This document shows, piece after piece, positions 12,207 to 26,260 of a DNA stretch of 64,000 nt (positions within the stretch are counted from its first letter, which is position 1; every line of letters begins with the position of its first letter). The stretch comes from Octopus vulgaris (lineage: Eukaryota), in assembly GCA_951406725.2 (NCBI GenBank), contig OX597825.1, forward strand, positions 54,312,001 to 54,376,000, written 5' to 3'. The notes beneath the pieces are model-generated. The model saw only the letters and a list, made by a program, of their open reading frames with translations, ran no database searches and was not told where the DNA came from. Both the position numbers and the translations under genes were made by a program.

Positions 12207-14269
12207 ATGAGAATCTAATCTAGATCCGCTAGTGTTTACAACAACACACTAGCCTCCATTTCACTATTCATATTTGTTAATGTGTTACATCTAGGCCACC
12301 TTATAATAAAAGCGATCATGTGTTGTAATATTTGGCTTTTTTTATGTTTCCTATAAAACAATCGTACACAAATTTTTGAAAGCATTTTACCAAATACTAA
12401 ATATTTACTTACGGCGCATAACGAGACAGGTTGGAATATATATGTTTGGTTTTGACTGTTTGTATTCTGAATAAGAACTTATGTGTTCCATTAGGGTCAG
12501 GTTGAACTATATTTCAGAACCATTCGTCTGTTTACACATCATTGCAAATCTTGTAAAATTCTCTTAAATCAACAACCCAAAAAAGGCAACACCTCCAACA
12601 GCTCCATAAAAATATTAAAAATATAAATAATCTTGAAATTCCAATAAAGATTGAAATCAGAAAAAAAATTCTGACTTATAACAGTCGTGTCAGAAGCAAT
12701 TTATATATTACCAACACCATCAAAAATATTAAAAGAAAAAAAAGCCAGCATCAAAACACAATAAAATTACTAATATCTTGCCCAACATTATCTTCCTTTC
12801 CCACATTTACTTTCCTTCCCGTTATAGCTGGAGCTTTTACAGATGGTGACCACAAATATTCATCGTTTCGACATTAAAGTGATTCAACGCTTTGACGTTT
12901 TAATGCAAAAGTTAACAGAAAGAATATATCAAATATACGCTAATAACTTCAACATGTTAAAAGCTATCCATAACAGAAACTTTGAATTATACTTTCTTTA
13001 TACGATGTATTGATACGTATTTAGCATTATATATTTTGCTGATGTATTTAGTTGATTATGTTTTGCTATATTTCAGTGGAATCTATTATTTTAGTTATTT
13101 ATTGGTAGAGCCATATCTTAGTACATTACTATTTAGTCATGTGAAACTTGCTTATTAATATGTAGTGTCACACATTCCTTTTACGATATTTCCTTATAGC
13201 ACGGAAATTCTTTAGAAGTCAGTGACATAAAAAACGTGTCTGACTTTGTAGGCCCCAAATTATCTAGTGGAATACTAACAAAGTTGAAGTGTTACAAGAA
13301 CAACAGTATACGAAAATATTCTACATTCTAACACACCTCAATTACCTATACTCAGACAAATATTTCGTCATATCATTTTCGAAAATTTCTCTTGAAAATT
13401 CTTAATCCAGAACGCCTAATATTTTCCTCACATGATTTATTACATCAATATTAGCAAAGCTCGTTCTTTGAAATATATATTAGATATAGATATAGTGAGA
13501 TGGCTGCATTAGATAAGATACTGCATAAACAGAACATCAAACCTTCGTTTCCAGGTTTTCCGTTTGTTTCTCGAGCTGTTTTCTTTATTGCATATCACGC
13601 TTGCTCCCTTTGCACTCTTCTAGTATAAGAAACATATCATGAGCAATGACAGTTTCAAATTAGATTCAATCAATCCATTCGTTTCACCTCGGGAGTCAAA
13701 CTACACGTTCATGTTAATAATGCTCTGCTAATAGATAACTGGGTTATGACGTATTTACTATATGAACGAATACCAACTCCTTCGGCTCACTTCCGGTCAG
13801 CAAATAAGCCTGCACCACCTCTGCTTGCAATGAGATCTAGTAAAGACGTATTTCAATGAATTGTCACATGTGCCTCGCACCATCTTCTACACATGATCAA
13901 TTCCCAATATAACCTGGCAACATGTTACTTGTGATGGATTTCTTTTTCCATTCGGAGTGATTATGTTTCTGTAAAAAGAAGTGAGGATCAAAATATTAAT
14001 ATTATTTGTATTAAATTCCTTCTACTTACAAATCACCACACTAGATTGGTGTGATCGAACTGTCATGCTATATTCTGTAGCATACCAGATCACCAATGCC
14101 TCATTGGTGGCTCCGGTCTTGTACATACAATTTAAGGCAATCCAGCATGATGGAGCATATCCGGTTGTTTGCTTAGAAGTTCATCAGTAAAATCTCGGTA
14201 GACTAGTTACGTTATCGTGTTACATCATGGTAATCTCAGTTTCAAAACAGCCGATAGAAGATCGATTTA

Positions 14270-14455
14270 GAATTTAGGCACAATACCAATACTTACATCG
14301 ACACCAGTGCTTAACTGGAACTTATTATATTAAGCCCAAAAAGATGAAAGGTAAAGTCGACCTCAGAGAAATTTTATCTCAGAACACAATGACTGACGAA
14401 ATGCTGCGAAGCATTTTTTCCGGCATGCTAACTATTCTGCATGCTAACCGCCTTG
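14270..14455 (-). mobile_element. SINE family A
   Basis: gatgaaaggtaaagtcgacctc...ctcagaac...gcattt..ccggcatgctaac is the reverse complement of the family A consensus. Confidence 0.8.
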
Positions 14456-15103
14456 CCCGAAATAAAAGTTAGAGATTGATTTCTCTAGCCATGCTTAACA
14501 TCGTTGAAAGAGGAAGGGAAAAGTGAAAAAAAAGACATACTTTGAGAGTTATTTTGAGCGTTTCTGCATGGGTGCACATACTAGAGAGAGAGAAAGAAGG
14601 AGACAGACAGACGAGAACTCCAGTATGGTGACACTCTCTATTTTAAATCTCATGTCTTTCTGAAAATTAAGAAATTTGTGGAGATAGGTTTTCAATGGAG
14701 TAGATTGAGTTTATATTGATAAAGTTTAGAAAAGTTACATATATTTGAAGATATGTTTATTGCGATTATAAAAAAGTAAGATATTTTATTACGTTATATT
14801 TCAAAGTAATAAATATTTTTCTTTTGAAAATTAATATTCGAGTATGTATACCATTATTTCCCGATATTACACATGCTGGTAAAAGTATGCTTCCAGAGAT
14901 ATTCGTCATACGACAGGTAACACTCTAGTTACGAAAAGCCAGCACCCGAAATGATAGCACGTGAGTAGACGTTAATAATTCAGTAAAAATTATATAAATT
15001 ACACCGTTTGATAGCAAGACAGATAGCTTCCTGTTTTTTAAAAAATTGATAGATTATTCGAAAAGTTTGTTAATTTCATAGATACAGAGATAAAAAGACA
15101 GGC

Positions 15104-15280
<177 letters not shown>

Positions 15281-15546
15281 TAAAAGGTAATGTAAGAAGG
15301 TAGTAAGAAGAAGACAAAGATGGATGGAAGCAGTATAATGTGCATCTCTATCCAAACGTACATTCATATATATTCATATCTTAATATTGCATATGTTATT
15401 CTAACTAATAAATACTAACACACACAGGCACACACATATATAAGCATATATGTATGGGTATATATGTGTGTATGAATATATATATATACACATATATATA
15501 TGCGTATACATATATGTATATATATACATATACATATGCATGAATG

Positions 15547-15589
<43 letters not shown>

Positions 15590-15823
15590 GTGTGTGTAAG
15601 TGTATATGTATACACACACACACATAGAAATATATTGTCTAGGTATCAAGATATTAATGAAGAGATACTAAGAAACTTGGCTGCATTAAAGTTTTCAAAA
15701 GAGAGGAAACGGGGGGAAAGAGAGTGCGGCAAACAGACAGACAGTCAACGGTGATAGAAGAAAAGAAAAAAAGTGAGAGAGAGAAAGAGAGAGTGAGAGA
15801 TTCAAACAGAAAAGGCGGGAGAA

Positions 15824-15850
15824 CTGATGATGATGAGGAGGAGGTGCCTC

Positions 15851-15907
<57 letters not shown>

Positions 15908-15935
15908 GTGATTTTGATGATGATAACGATGGCGA
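15824..15935. repeat. (GAT)n trinucleotide repeat
   Basis: Direct reading; source of the poly-D/poly-H ORFs. Confidence 0.9.
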
Positions 15936-16344
15936 TGAATGCTGCTGCGAAAGTAAGTGTAAAACACTGTACTTTCACGTAAATTTTATCCGATTCATAA
16001 TGAAAGATGGCGCATCATTTTAATTTGATTATCTTTAAAAGTCAGCTTTGTCGATCGTTTTATCGCTTCCACCATCCACCTTCCCGCATCCAACTACAAC
16101 CACCGTCACCTTCCGCATCCAACCCACATCCGCCATCCACCCCACCGTCATACACCTCAACATCCTTTGCATTAAACAGGATCTAAGACCTTTGTATTTC
16201 AAAAGAGTCATCCAATTATCATCAGATGACTTTCCAACTGTTTGATCCATTGTCTACTCACTTCCTCACATCTACTTGGATCTTTCTCTATCATATCAGA
16301 TGATCAGCTATCTTTCAACTATCTTCGGCATCACCAAGCACCAA

Positions 16345-16389
<45 letters not shown>

Positions 16390-16909
16390 CAGCAGCAGTA
16401 GTAGTAGTATTAGTTAGTTGTAGTAGCTGTTGTTGTTTTTGTAGTAGCAACAACGGCAATAACGATGATGGTTTTTGACATCAATAATAACTATTTATAC
16501 GCAAGCTATTATCTTTATCAACGTCGACGTCGTCGTCGTCGTCGTCAATATCATCATTATCATCATCATCATTGCCACCATCAACACATTTATTATCATT
16601 ATTATCATTGTTAATATCATTATTATAATTATCATCATTATTAATATTATTATTATTTTTTATTTGATTTTCAGTATTATCATCATCATCATTAATTAGT
16701 AAAATATTAATGAGATCTGTTGTATTATTGAAATATGCATTTTGTCAGTTGAATGTATTCCAGAGAATTTAAAGTAAAGTTAATACACAGACACAAACAC
16801 ACACATACTCCGCTCCTATATACATATATATGTGAAGGGTGTGTGTCTGTGTGTTTGTGTCTGTGTCTGTGTGTTTGTGTCTGTGCCTGTGTTTGTGTGT
16901 ATCTATTTT

Positions 16910-17300
16910 TTTTTTATCTCTGACTTGTTTCTGTCGTTAAACTGTGACCATACTGGGGCACCACCTTGAAATATTTTAATCGAGCTCATCGACGCCAATA
17001 CTTATATTTTGTAAAGAGTAGTAATTACTATATCGATACCCTTCCCGAACTGCTAGGTTAGGGGGACCTAAACGCACTCACAGTGGTTGTCAAGCGGTTG
17101 CTGAGGACAAACATATGCGCAAAAGCCACACACACACGCACGTACACATATACGCCGGGTTTCTTTCAGTTTCGGCCTACCTAACTCACTCACAAAGTGT
17201 TGGTCAACCCGAAAATCTAGCAGAAGATACTTGCCTACTGGGACTGAACCCGGAACCATGTGATCGGAAAACAAACTTCTGACCACACAGCCACACCTGC
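16910..17300 (-). mobile_element. tRNA-derived SINE family B (CORE-like) with 3' tail
   Basis: Reverse complement aggtgtggctgtgtggtc..acatggttccgggttcagtcc..ggcaagtatcttct..; same family at 20980, 40855 and 60840. Confidence 0.8.
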
Positions 17301-17389
17301 GACTATGTATATAATGTTGTTGTTATTATTATCATTATTATTATTATTATTAATATTATTATTGTTATCATTATTATTATTATTATTAA

Positions 17390-17467
<78 letters not shown>

Positions 17468-17489
17468 CATTATTATTATTATTATTATT

Positions 17490-17700
17490 AAGGCTACGAG
17501 CTGGTAGAATCTTTAGCACGCCGGACGAAATGCTTAGCCATATTTCATCTGTTTTTACGTCCTGAGTTCGAGTGCCGTCGGAGTCGACTTTGCCATTTAT
17601 CCTTTCGGGATCGATAAATCAAATAACAGTGAAATACTGAGGCCTATATAATCGACTGGTCTTCTCCCCCAAAATTTCGGGCCTTGTGTCTTTAGTAGAA

Positions 17701-17702
<2 letters not shown>
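17490..17702 (+). mobile_element. SINE family A within (TTA)n tract
   Basis: aggctacgagctggtagaatc..gtcgactttgccatttatcctttcgggatcgataaa.. Confidence 0.85.
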
Positions 17703-17757
<55 letters not shown>

Positions 17758-17816
17758 GTTGTTGTTGTTGTTGTTGATATTATTATTATTATTATTATTA
17801 TCATTATTATTATTAC

Positions 17817-17847
<31 letters not shown>

Positions 17848-18312
17848 GAGTGAGAGAGCAGTGCATGCCATCAAAGAGACACTGGGGTAATGTATACGCA
17901 GCCCAGTATACCCATTATGACTACCCGTGTGATAAGAATAGACCATGATATAGTGATCTCATATCAAGGTAACCAGCGCATGACGTTGAAGGTGGGGCGT
18001 TGTAGGTGGGTGGTTGAGGGTGGGGTTGGGGCGTTCAAGGTGGGGCCCAGTTAAGATTTTCTTCAGGTCGAGTAGCCCGTCCGCTCAAAGAGTCCCTGGG
18101 GGTTGTTTAAGGATGTTGAACGAAACACCTATGTTTCCTGATGTGAGTTTTTCAAACCCCAAATAATTCTTCTCAGTACATGGATATGATGCTTCCCCAC
18201 AACTACTGGCCTTGATCAGAGACGCACATATCACCAGCTACTAAGGGACATGCTCACCTAGTTACAATCGAACAACTGACAAGCAAATCTGTGGTATTGA
18301 GCAGAATATTTG
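17848..18312. mobile_element. Interspersed repeat of unclear class, probably a retroelement 3' end on the minus strand
   Basis: Abuts (TTA)n tract; segment agctactaagggacatgct..gaatattt also occurs at about 6980-7045. Confidence 0.55.
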
Positions 18313-18685
18313 CAGTGTGTTCAGATTAAATTTGACAGATTGCATAAAAGGAAAGGAAAAAAATCTCACATTCAAAGTTGAAAGTATATTTTAAAATCAA
18401 AAAAAAATTATATCAATGAGATTATGGCTTGAAGATAAGAGTTCACTCAAAGTTGTCGTTCTTATCCTCCACGACGACCTCAAAATAGCTCTGGAACCCG
18501 GCGCATGCATACCTCACTGTGTCCCTTGGAAGATTTTCGAACTCCTGGCTACCAGCTTAGCCTTGTTGTTGCAGGTGGACGGTCATTTTATTAACCATGC
18601 CCCACACATAGCAATCTATGGCATTACAATAGGGAGAATTAAGGGGATAGAAATAGGGGTTGATAAACAAGTAGAAATTTTACGC
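18313..18685 (-). mobile_element. Tc1/mariner (maT-like) C-terminal fragment with terminal repeat
   Basis: Minus strand PLNSPYCNAIDCYVWG..ENLPRDTVRYACAGFQSYFEVVVEDKNDNFE*; terminus cagtgtgttcagattaaatttgac. Confidence 0.75.
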
Positions 18686-18718
18686 ATATATATATACATA
18701 TAGATAGATAGATAGATT

Positions 18719-18784
<66 letters not shown>

Positions 18785-19431
18785 CATACATAAATTCTGT
18801 GATATGTGTACGCGCACATACACACAACACTGCTTACAAATTGATATTTTTGTGTGTGTGGATGCGTGTGTTTACGTGTACGAATGTGTGTGCGCGTGTA
18901 TGTGTGTGCATGAGTGTATTTTTGAGTGTGTGATTCGGTTGGTATTAATGAAGAGAGCAAAAGGTTCCGAATTTTCTCATCTGTGAAAGTGTTTCACATT
19001 TATAAAAGCATTTTGCATGAATTGCCACCAGCTGTTAAAATACTGGCCTCTGTAAGTCTTTTAAATGAAGTTTAATAGTAAGTGTTAAGCACTCCGGTGC
19101 ACATTACACGATTAAATTACGGCCTTAGTTATGAAAGTATAATGGATTATTTTGTTAAATACTTATGCATGGATTAAGAGTTTCATCTGACAGTGGGCAC
19201 AACTCGCCAATACTGTGGGATGCCGGGCATTGTAAGTTTAAGTGTTCGATTCGAATGACTGCAACACAATACTACTTGCCTAAGTTTACAACAGTCCAGG
19301 TGGTTGTGTTAAACTTGATTACTTGATGACCGTACTCAATGAAGGCATTTGAGAATAGCATTACTCCTGAGTGTCACAAATTTGTTAGAATTATTTGTCT
19401 GGATCCGTCTGAGATCATCAATCATCTTTCT

Positions 19432-19484
<53 letters not shown>

Positions 19485-20979
19485 TCTCTCTCTCTAATTA
19501 TCTATCTACCTATCTCTATCTATTTCTATCTGCATGTTTATATTTTGCTTGCGCGCATGTGCGCTTACCTCTAGTGCAAAAATGTACTGTGGGCAAGACA
19601 GCCAGTCGCCTGTCCCAGATTTTCAAAGTTCAGGTATCTACTCCAAAAGCCGTTATGTATTCTGAACTCCAAAAGCCCATTATGTATTTTCTGGTATACT
19701 GACCTGTAAGCCAGATAAAATGAACCCATCTTCCTGTATCATTTTGCTGCACTTACATTTCCAGGACTACTAAATTATGAATTACAGATATCTTAGTTCC
19801 TATCTCATATGTTCAATGCGTGTATAGAGGAGAATCCACCCAGGTGAGATTAAACCGGTTCACCGAGTCAGATGTTCATATCCTAAACTAAGTTTTTAAT
19901 TTCCAGTGGAAAATTTCACATATCAGCCGACACAACAAATTTTTTGTAATTTGAGTACATTCGGTACTGGAATATTTTACGAGACAGCAATATGAAATTA
20001 TTTCTAAGCAGACAAATACTTTTCTTTTATATTGAAGATGTAAACAGGAAAAATTTAATTTAAAGCTTCATTGCGCAGAAATTACAATTACTGTCACAAC
20101 CGGTGTTTGATTTCGACCTGTCAGCTATGGTAAATTTCATTGTAGGATATTTATCACCGCTATCATTTAGGTGTCAAATACATTTCAAAGAAATTGCTCA
20201 TACATTCCCATACATACATACCAACACGGGAGGACGCGTATAGACGAATGGGTGTGTTGTGTGAGTTGTGTTTTGAAGGAGTTTACGGATATCCGTTCTA
20301 AGTATTTTTGACAAGTATTTATTGGCTTCATGTATTGCCTTCTTTGACAAAAGATTTTCAATTGCTCTAGGTGTTAGCTACAATTATAAAATATTATATA
20401 TGGAGCGATTCTAGAGTAGCATTTATATATGCTCGTGCGTGAGTATGTGTGTGGTGTGTGCGTTTGCGCGTGTGTGTTTTGTGTGCGTGTGTGTGTGTCT
20501 GTGTTAGTTTATGAACAACTGCAACTGATGATGACAAAATTCCTATTGAAGGTTATATGAATACTCTAACATTAAGGGAAGAGTGAAAGCGAAATAAAAA
20601 GAGATATTACTTGCTTATTTTTAAGTGCAATAATACCAAAAATAACAAATTTTCTCCCTAATAAATTTGCATTTAATCTTGACTAATTCCTTTTATCATT
20701 TAACAATTATATACCTTAACTCATAATTATATAGCTTAACTCCTAATTCATCTATTTTATCATTTAACAATTATATACCTTAACTCATAATTCGAGCTGT
20801 AATTGATCTGAAGTTGCCAACTGCAAAAATGTGTCTCGCCATCACATTTGTGATGTTTCGAACCAAGTAAAGATACTATATTATGGTTAATATTCAAGTA
20901 GCTATACCAAAGGTAACAGTGAAATAGACTACACACGCACACAAACACTTACACACAGGCATCGATTAAATATATACGC

Positions 20980-21130
20980 ATAGAAAGTCACATGTACGAA
21001 GTTCGCTCCCTAACAGTAACGTCTTGGCTTCAGTCCCATTGCGCGGCAATTTCAATATTTTCTACTATAGCACCAAATCAACCAAAACAATGTGAGTTTT
21101 GTAGGTGGAAAGTGAAAGAAGCCTATCGTA
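20980..21130 (+). mobile_element. SINE family B, degenerate
   Basis: ttcagtcccattgcgcggca..ttctactatagc..accaaaacaatgtgagt..gtaggtggaaa. Confidence 0.65.
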
Positions 21131-21160
21131 CATACACACACACATGTACATACAAACAAA

Positions 21161-21247
<87 letters not shown>

Positions 21248-21323
21248 ATGCTCGTTTATATATTCTGTTATAATATTATTCAAGAGTTAATCTATAATTT
21301 TATAGAGTACAAGTTAATTATTC

Positions 21324-21447
21324 TTTAACAAGAATAGTATTCAGAATGAGTTCAAAATTTCGGCCATCCTAAGCTATCATCAGACAGACCGATGAAAGCT
21401 TAGCTGGCAGAAAATTCGAAATCACTGTCAATACTATTCTTGCTAAA
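21324..21447. ncRNA. Head-to-head palindrome of two hammerhead-like motifs
   Basis: Arms 21324-21383 and 21389-21447; minus CTGATGA-tagc..gcc-GAAA-ttttgaac-TC; plus gacaga-CCGATGA-aagc..gca-GAAA-attcgaaa-TC-actgtc. Confidence 0.65.
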
Positions 21448-21488
21448 CAATATTAAATGCATAAATATGTGTGTGTGTGTGTGTGTGA

Positions 21489-21535
<47 letters not shown>

Positions 21536-21537
<2 letters not shown>

Positions 21538-22630
21538 CGGTCTCCTCGTGTAAGTTGGTGAATGATGTCATAATTCTTACCTTCAGTTCATCTTTAGTGT
21601 TACAAGGAATTTTGTTGGCCTCTCGTTCAAATGTGCCCTACAAAATGATCAAGAATGCTGCAGTCTGGGGAGTTAGGAGGCCGGATGTTAGGAGGTGATG
21701 TGGCCGCAGAAATTGTCTGACAGCCACAACTGGGTTCTCCTGCTTATGTGGCATAGTGCAGAATCTGTTCATAGACATTGGGTTTTCAGGCATCCATTGA
21801 CGTAGGGCAGCCCTACCTCCTCCAAGCACTTGGTGTAGGCCTCCGGGTAGAATTTGAGGCTGTGTAGGAAACTTAATAGAGGTATAACATGGCCATCACC
21901 GCTGATCACTGTAAACACATTGATGTTGACTGGATGTTTGATTTTTATCACTCCCGGTACATGCTTTAGGGACACGGCAAGCCAACAGTTGTTCTGTGTG
22001 TTCACCGTCTGATACTGGCTGAAATGCTTCTCATCTGAGAAAAATCAAAGCATGTTCGGTTGGTGGGGATGCTTGATTTTGTGTAAAAGCTTCGCAGCCC
22101 CGTCCTTCATCTTGCCTTTGTTGGCTTGGGATAAAATTAGTCCCCGCTTGATCTTGTATGAGTAATGCCGAATGTCTGCATGCACTACGTGCCTGATGAG
22201 TAATTCAGACACTCACATGTCCCTGGCGATGGATCTGATTGATGTGGTGGGACCGTTGTCAATCATAGACTGGATCTTACCAACAAATTCAGGAGTTCTT
22301 TTCTTGAGCCAATCAAATTGAGCTGCCATATCTTTATCTTTGTAATCACCATTAGACTCACGCAACTCTTTCCAAATCCACTGCACTCTTCTCAGATTGA
22401 CACCCAAACACGCTGAAATGTTCGTATGGGAGCCTCTGATGCAAATGCCAGGCAATACATCATGTCGTTTCCAAATTTCTAGCAGACTGAATTGCGCCAT
22501 GGTGTTGTTTTTCTCACAGACGGTTCCCAGCTGTTCCTACTATACTGTTTAGTCGAGAAAATCAAAAACAAACAAGCGAATGCGTGACATTAAAAATACA
22601 ATATGGCAACAGTTTACCCATCGCACCCTG
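21536..22630 (-). mobile_element. Tc1/mariner relic, maT/DD37D-like, 3'-truncated
   Basis: TIR ta|cagggtgcgatgggtaaactgttgcc matches 2017; peptides KKRTPEFVGKIQSMIDNGPTTSIRSIARDM, FFSDEKHF, NTQNNCWLA..KIKHPVNINVF. Confidence 0.9.
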
Positions 22631-22642
22631 TATATACATATA

Positions 22643-22707
<65 letters not shown>

Positions 22708-22829
22708 TCAATAAAACCTACATAAACAGGGTTATGATACAGGAGAACTGAGATTTCACTGATCTTCAACTTGACCTAGCTTCTTCCCTGTTCCTAAATC
22801 ATGGAAATGTTTGTCAGGGACACACAGAC

Positions 22830-23250
22830 AATTCAGTGCCCGTGACCAGCAACATTCAGGGCGCGCAATACATTGCGTACATGTTTCCTAGTGCAGCAAA
22901 TATGTTTGATCTGAAGATCAACAATTCGTTGCATGCACCCAACAAGAGGACCTGTTTGAACGAGAGAGCTTCAGCTAGTGACAGTACACGGTAAGCAGCG
23001 CAGTGATTGGTACCAACTTTTCTGACCTAGAAGTTAAGACGCATGTCTAGTGTGCTGCATAGGCTTTCAGTTCTCCAGAATGGAGTCTTTGGAACTGCCA
23101 TGATATTTTTCGCAACTCCAAGATAAAGGTGTACTGTGCTGCAGTGCCCCCATGCTTCCTCTATTCCACAGAATACATGGCCCACCACCGCAGATACATC
23201 GAGGCTATGATGCAAGTCCACTTGCAGAACAAGTGCAGACCTTGTAGCAC
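22830..23250 (+). mobile_element. RTE-clade LINE relic
   Basis: DLEVKTRMSS..KIKVYCAAVPPCFLYSTEYMAHHRRYIEAM resembles RTE TKIKVYRAVVLPTLLYGxETW..YRRHI. Confidence 0.7.
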
Positions 23251-23957
23251 ACATGTGAGACTATCAGAGACGGTTACTGATCAAGAAGAGTCAACGCCGA
23301 CCTACAACGACGAAAACCTACTTAAACAGGAATGTGAAAACTGAGTTTTCACTGCTAATTAGTTTAAAATTACCCATTTCGGAAATCGATTTCATATAGA
23401 TCCGAAATATTAACAGATCGTTGGTAGCAGACGCTTTTACTACATACTTATTCCTATATTTTAGTCTGGTTGTCTACCGAAACGTTTTTAATAAGATAAA
23501 ATATGTGGAGTAAAAAATATAGAATTCCACAAATTGGGTAACGATCATTAAGTGTTAACCAGCGTCCAGTCATTTGCTGTTCTAGTCTTGATAATTATTA
23601 TTTCTTCCAGCGACCTTTTCTGAGATAATGGCCTGACAATGATTGGCTATTGCTTTTTATGTATGTATTTTTAATTTCAGATAGTTCTTTTTCGTTCTCT
23701 TTTTTTACTTATTAAATAGAGTAAATTATTAATTTTCCCAGGATATTGTCAGAGATAAAATTGCTCACTTGTATCCGTATCAACCGATTATGTATATGTG
23801 TGTGTGTCTGAGTACACGTATGACTGTATTTTTGTATGTATATTATTTATCTTATATGCATATATATGTGTGTGTGTGTGTGAGTGTATGTGTGTGTGTG
23901 CGTGCGTGTGTATGTAGGTATATGCTCTTTCCCCTCGTATACACTCACACACATATA

Positions 23958-24083
<126 letters not shown>

Positions 24084-24096
24084 TGTACACACACAC

Positions 24097-24141
<45 letters not shown>

Positions 24142-24639
24142 ATTACGTACGTACAGCGATATAAAGGCGTTTTCAGAGAACAGTACGACGAGGGATAGGA
24201 AACGAATGCAGATTAATAGGTCACTAATTGTGTCTTTTCTAGCAAGTAGTCCTGCTAAAGGGAAATCATTACCAATGTTACAAACTTACATTTATGCAAT
24301 TCGATTTTTTAAAATGGAAGCAAACGCTGCAGTGGTCACATTCAGTCAGTATCAAATGTATAGTTGAGCCTATGAGCTATCAGATGCTTTATAATATTAT
24401 ATGGTTGCAACGCTAAATGTCGCCCACTTTTCTCAATTATTTATTACGTCAGCCGATAATTGCTTCCACCACCTGAATATTCGTTGGTCAATAACTATAT
24501 AAAGTTAGACACACTAGACACACTTGTCATTATATTTCTTTCTCATATTCTCTAGTCATCATTCATTGCTTAATCAATGCTAATGTATGATATAACTGAG
24601 TGTATCATTAGGCAGAGAGAACTGCAGTATACCTGATTG

Positions 24640-24945
24640 TTGGGTTAAGGATTCTCCGTCGCAATGATTCGTGTAATCTGCCTGCCCAACTTCCCAGCAA
24701 TCGGAGCAAATATCCTTTGCGTAGACTGGTATTTGCCAAATCTTTCGTAATGAAATTTTTATCTCTGCAACTGTATGAAAATCTTGTTGGTATTATAAGT
24801 TTCAGCCCTTGATTAATCTGTACCTGGGAGTAATGCCGTCAGTACTAGTACTTGGGATACTTTAATTCACAAAGTTGCAAACATTCGATCTAGCTTTCTC
24901 TCTCGTGCCCTCAGTCTCAAAGTTCGTGCAAAATGTTATAGGTTC
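24640..24945 (+). mobile_element. Tx1/L1-like LINE relic
   Basis: YLGV..TLIHKVANIRSSFLSRALSLKVRAK resembles the Tx1 motif YLG..W..R.LSL.GR. Confidence 0.45.
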
Positions 24946-25061
24946 TTACTTTTACCGTAACTATATCATAAATTATCTATAAACCAAACATTCAAATATT
25001 CCAACCCTAATTTCATCTTACCCAAAAATATTTTTCTGTTATCATTATCATTTACGATAAC

Positions 25062-25530
25062 TAGAGGCAACAAACTAACAGAATCTGTAGTACGCCGGGC
25101 AAAATGCTTATTGACACTTCGTCTGTCTTTAGATTCTGACTTCACATCCCACCTTTCATTCTTTCAGAGTCAATGAGATAAGTACCACTTGAAAAGTGGG
25201 GTCGATGTAATCAGCCCCCTCGAAATTGTTGGCGTTCTTCCCGAATTTGAAATTGTTGGCATTCTTCCCGAATTTGAAACCATTATTAATTACAAAAGTG
25301 AGGCGTCGGGTTTGCAGAATCATTGATACGTCAGACAAAATTATCCCAGGGCAGACGATTGGCAGAATCTTTAATAAAATATCTTGTGATATTTTTTCCG
25401 TTCCTTTCTGAATTTAAAATGCCGCTGAGGTCAGCTTTGCCTTCAATTTTTTCAGGCTCGATAAAATATATCACTAGGATATATGGTGCCGAATAATCAC
25501 CACCTTTTAACATTACTGGTACCAAAATCT
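25062..25530 (+). mobile_element. Two tandem degenerate SINE family A copies
   Basis: acgccgggcaaaatgctta..ataagtacc..gtcgatgtaatc; second copy ggcagaatc..gaggtcagctttgccttc; includes a 27-bp tandem duplication at 25222-25278. Confidence 0.7.
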
Positions 25531-25647
25531 AAAAGAATTTTTGTTTACACTATAACAAACGAAAACATGGATCTTAATCATGCTATGTAATATTCAACGT
25601 TTCAATGAACGTTTGACACCGCTTTCCAATTGTGACCTAGAGGGAAA

Positions 25648-25714
<67 letters not shown>

Positions 25715-26159
25715 AGAGACAGACAGACAGATAGATAAATAGTAAGGATGTGGTTTTGATTCCTGGACTGGAAAATGCCTTCTGTTCCTGAGCAAAACTT
25801 ATCATTTCTCTTTACTCCAATTCACTCAGCTGCCAGAAATGATTATTCAGGCCTTCCATCCTGGAGAAGAATATATACGCCACTGGATTCGGTAAACGTC
25901 TGGTTTGGAAAGGAGCTTTGAAGCATCTATATACATATGTGTGTTTGGGGGTATTAAAAATGAGTACTCAACAACACGATAGAGATTAATAATAAATTTC
26001 ATTCCGGTCCAGTCAGCTTCTTGCAACTCATGACTTTTACTTACTGTTTAATCTCAGAGTAGCAAAAGACTGACTCGACCAAGTAAAATACATGTATATA
26101 TATGTATGCGTGATGTAAGTGTGTGCGTGAGATGTCTGTCAGTACGTATGTATATGTAT

Positions 26160-26260
<101 letters not shown>

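Noticed and set aside
15724-16023. Acidic protein exon with donor-like AAAgtaagt near 15952
   Set aside because: The ORF is built from (GA)n and (GAT)n repeats with no acceptor or partner exon; the donor match could be chance.
20692-20792. 38-bp direct duplication (also small ones near 19640, 25222, 28757, 47702 and 59477)
   Set aside because: Ordinary slippage-type local duplications with no further structure.
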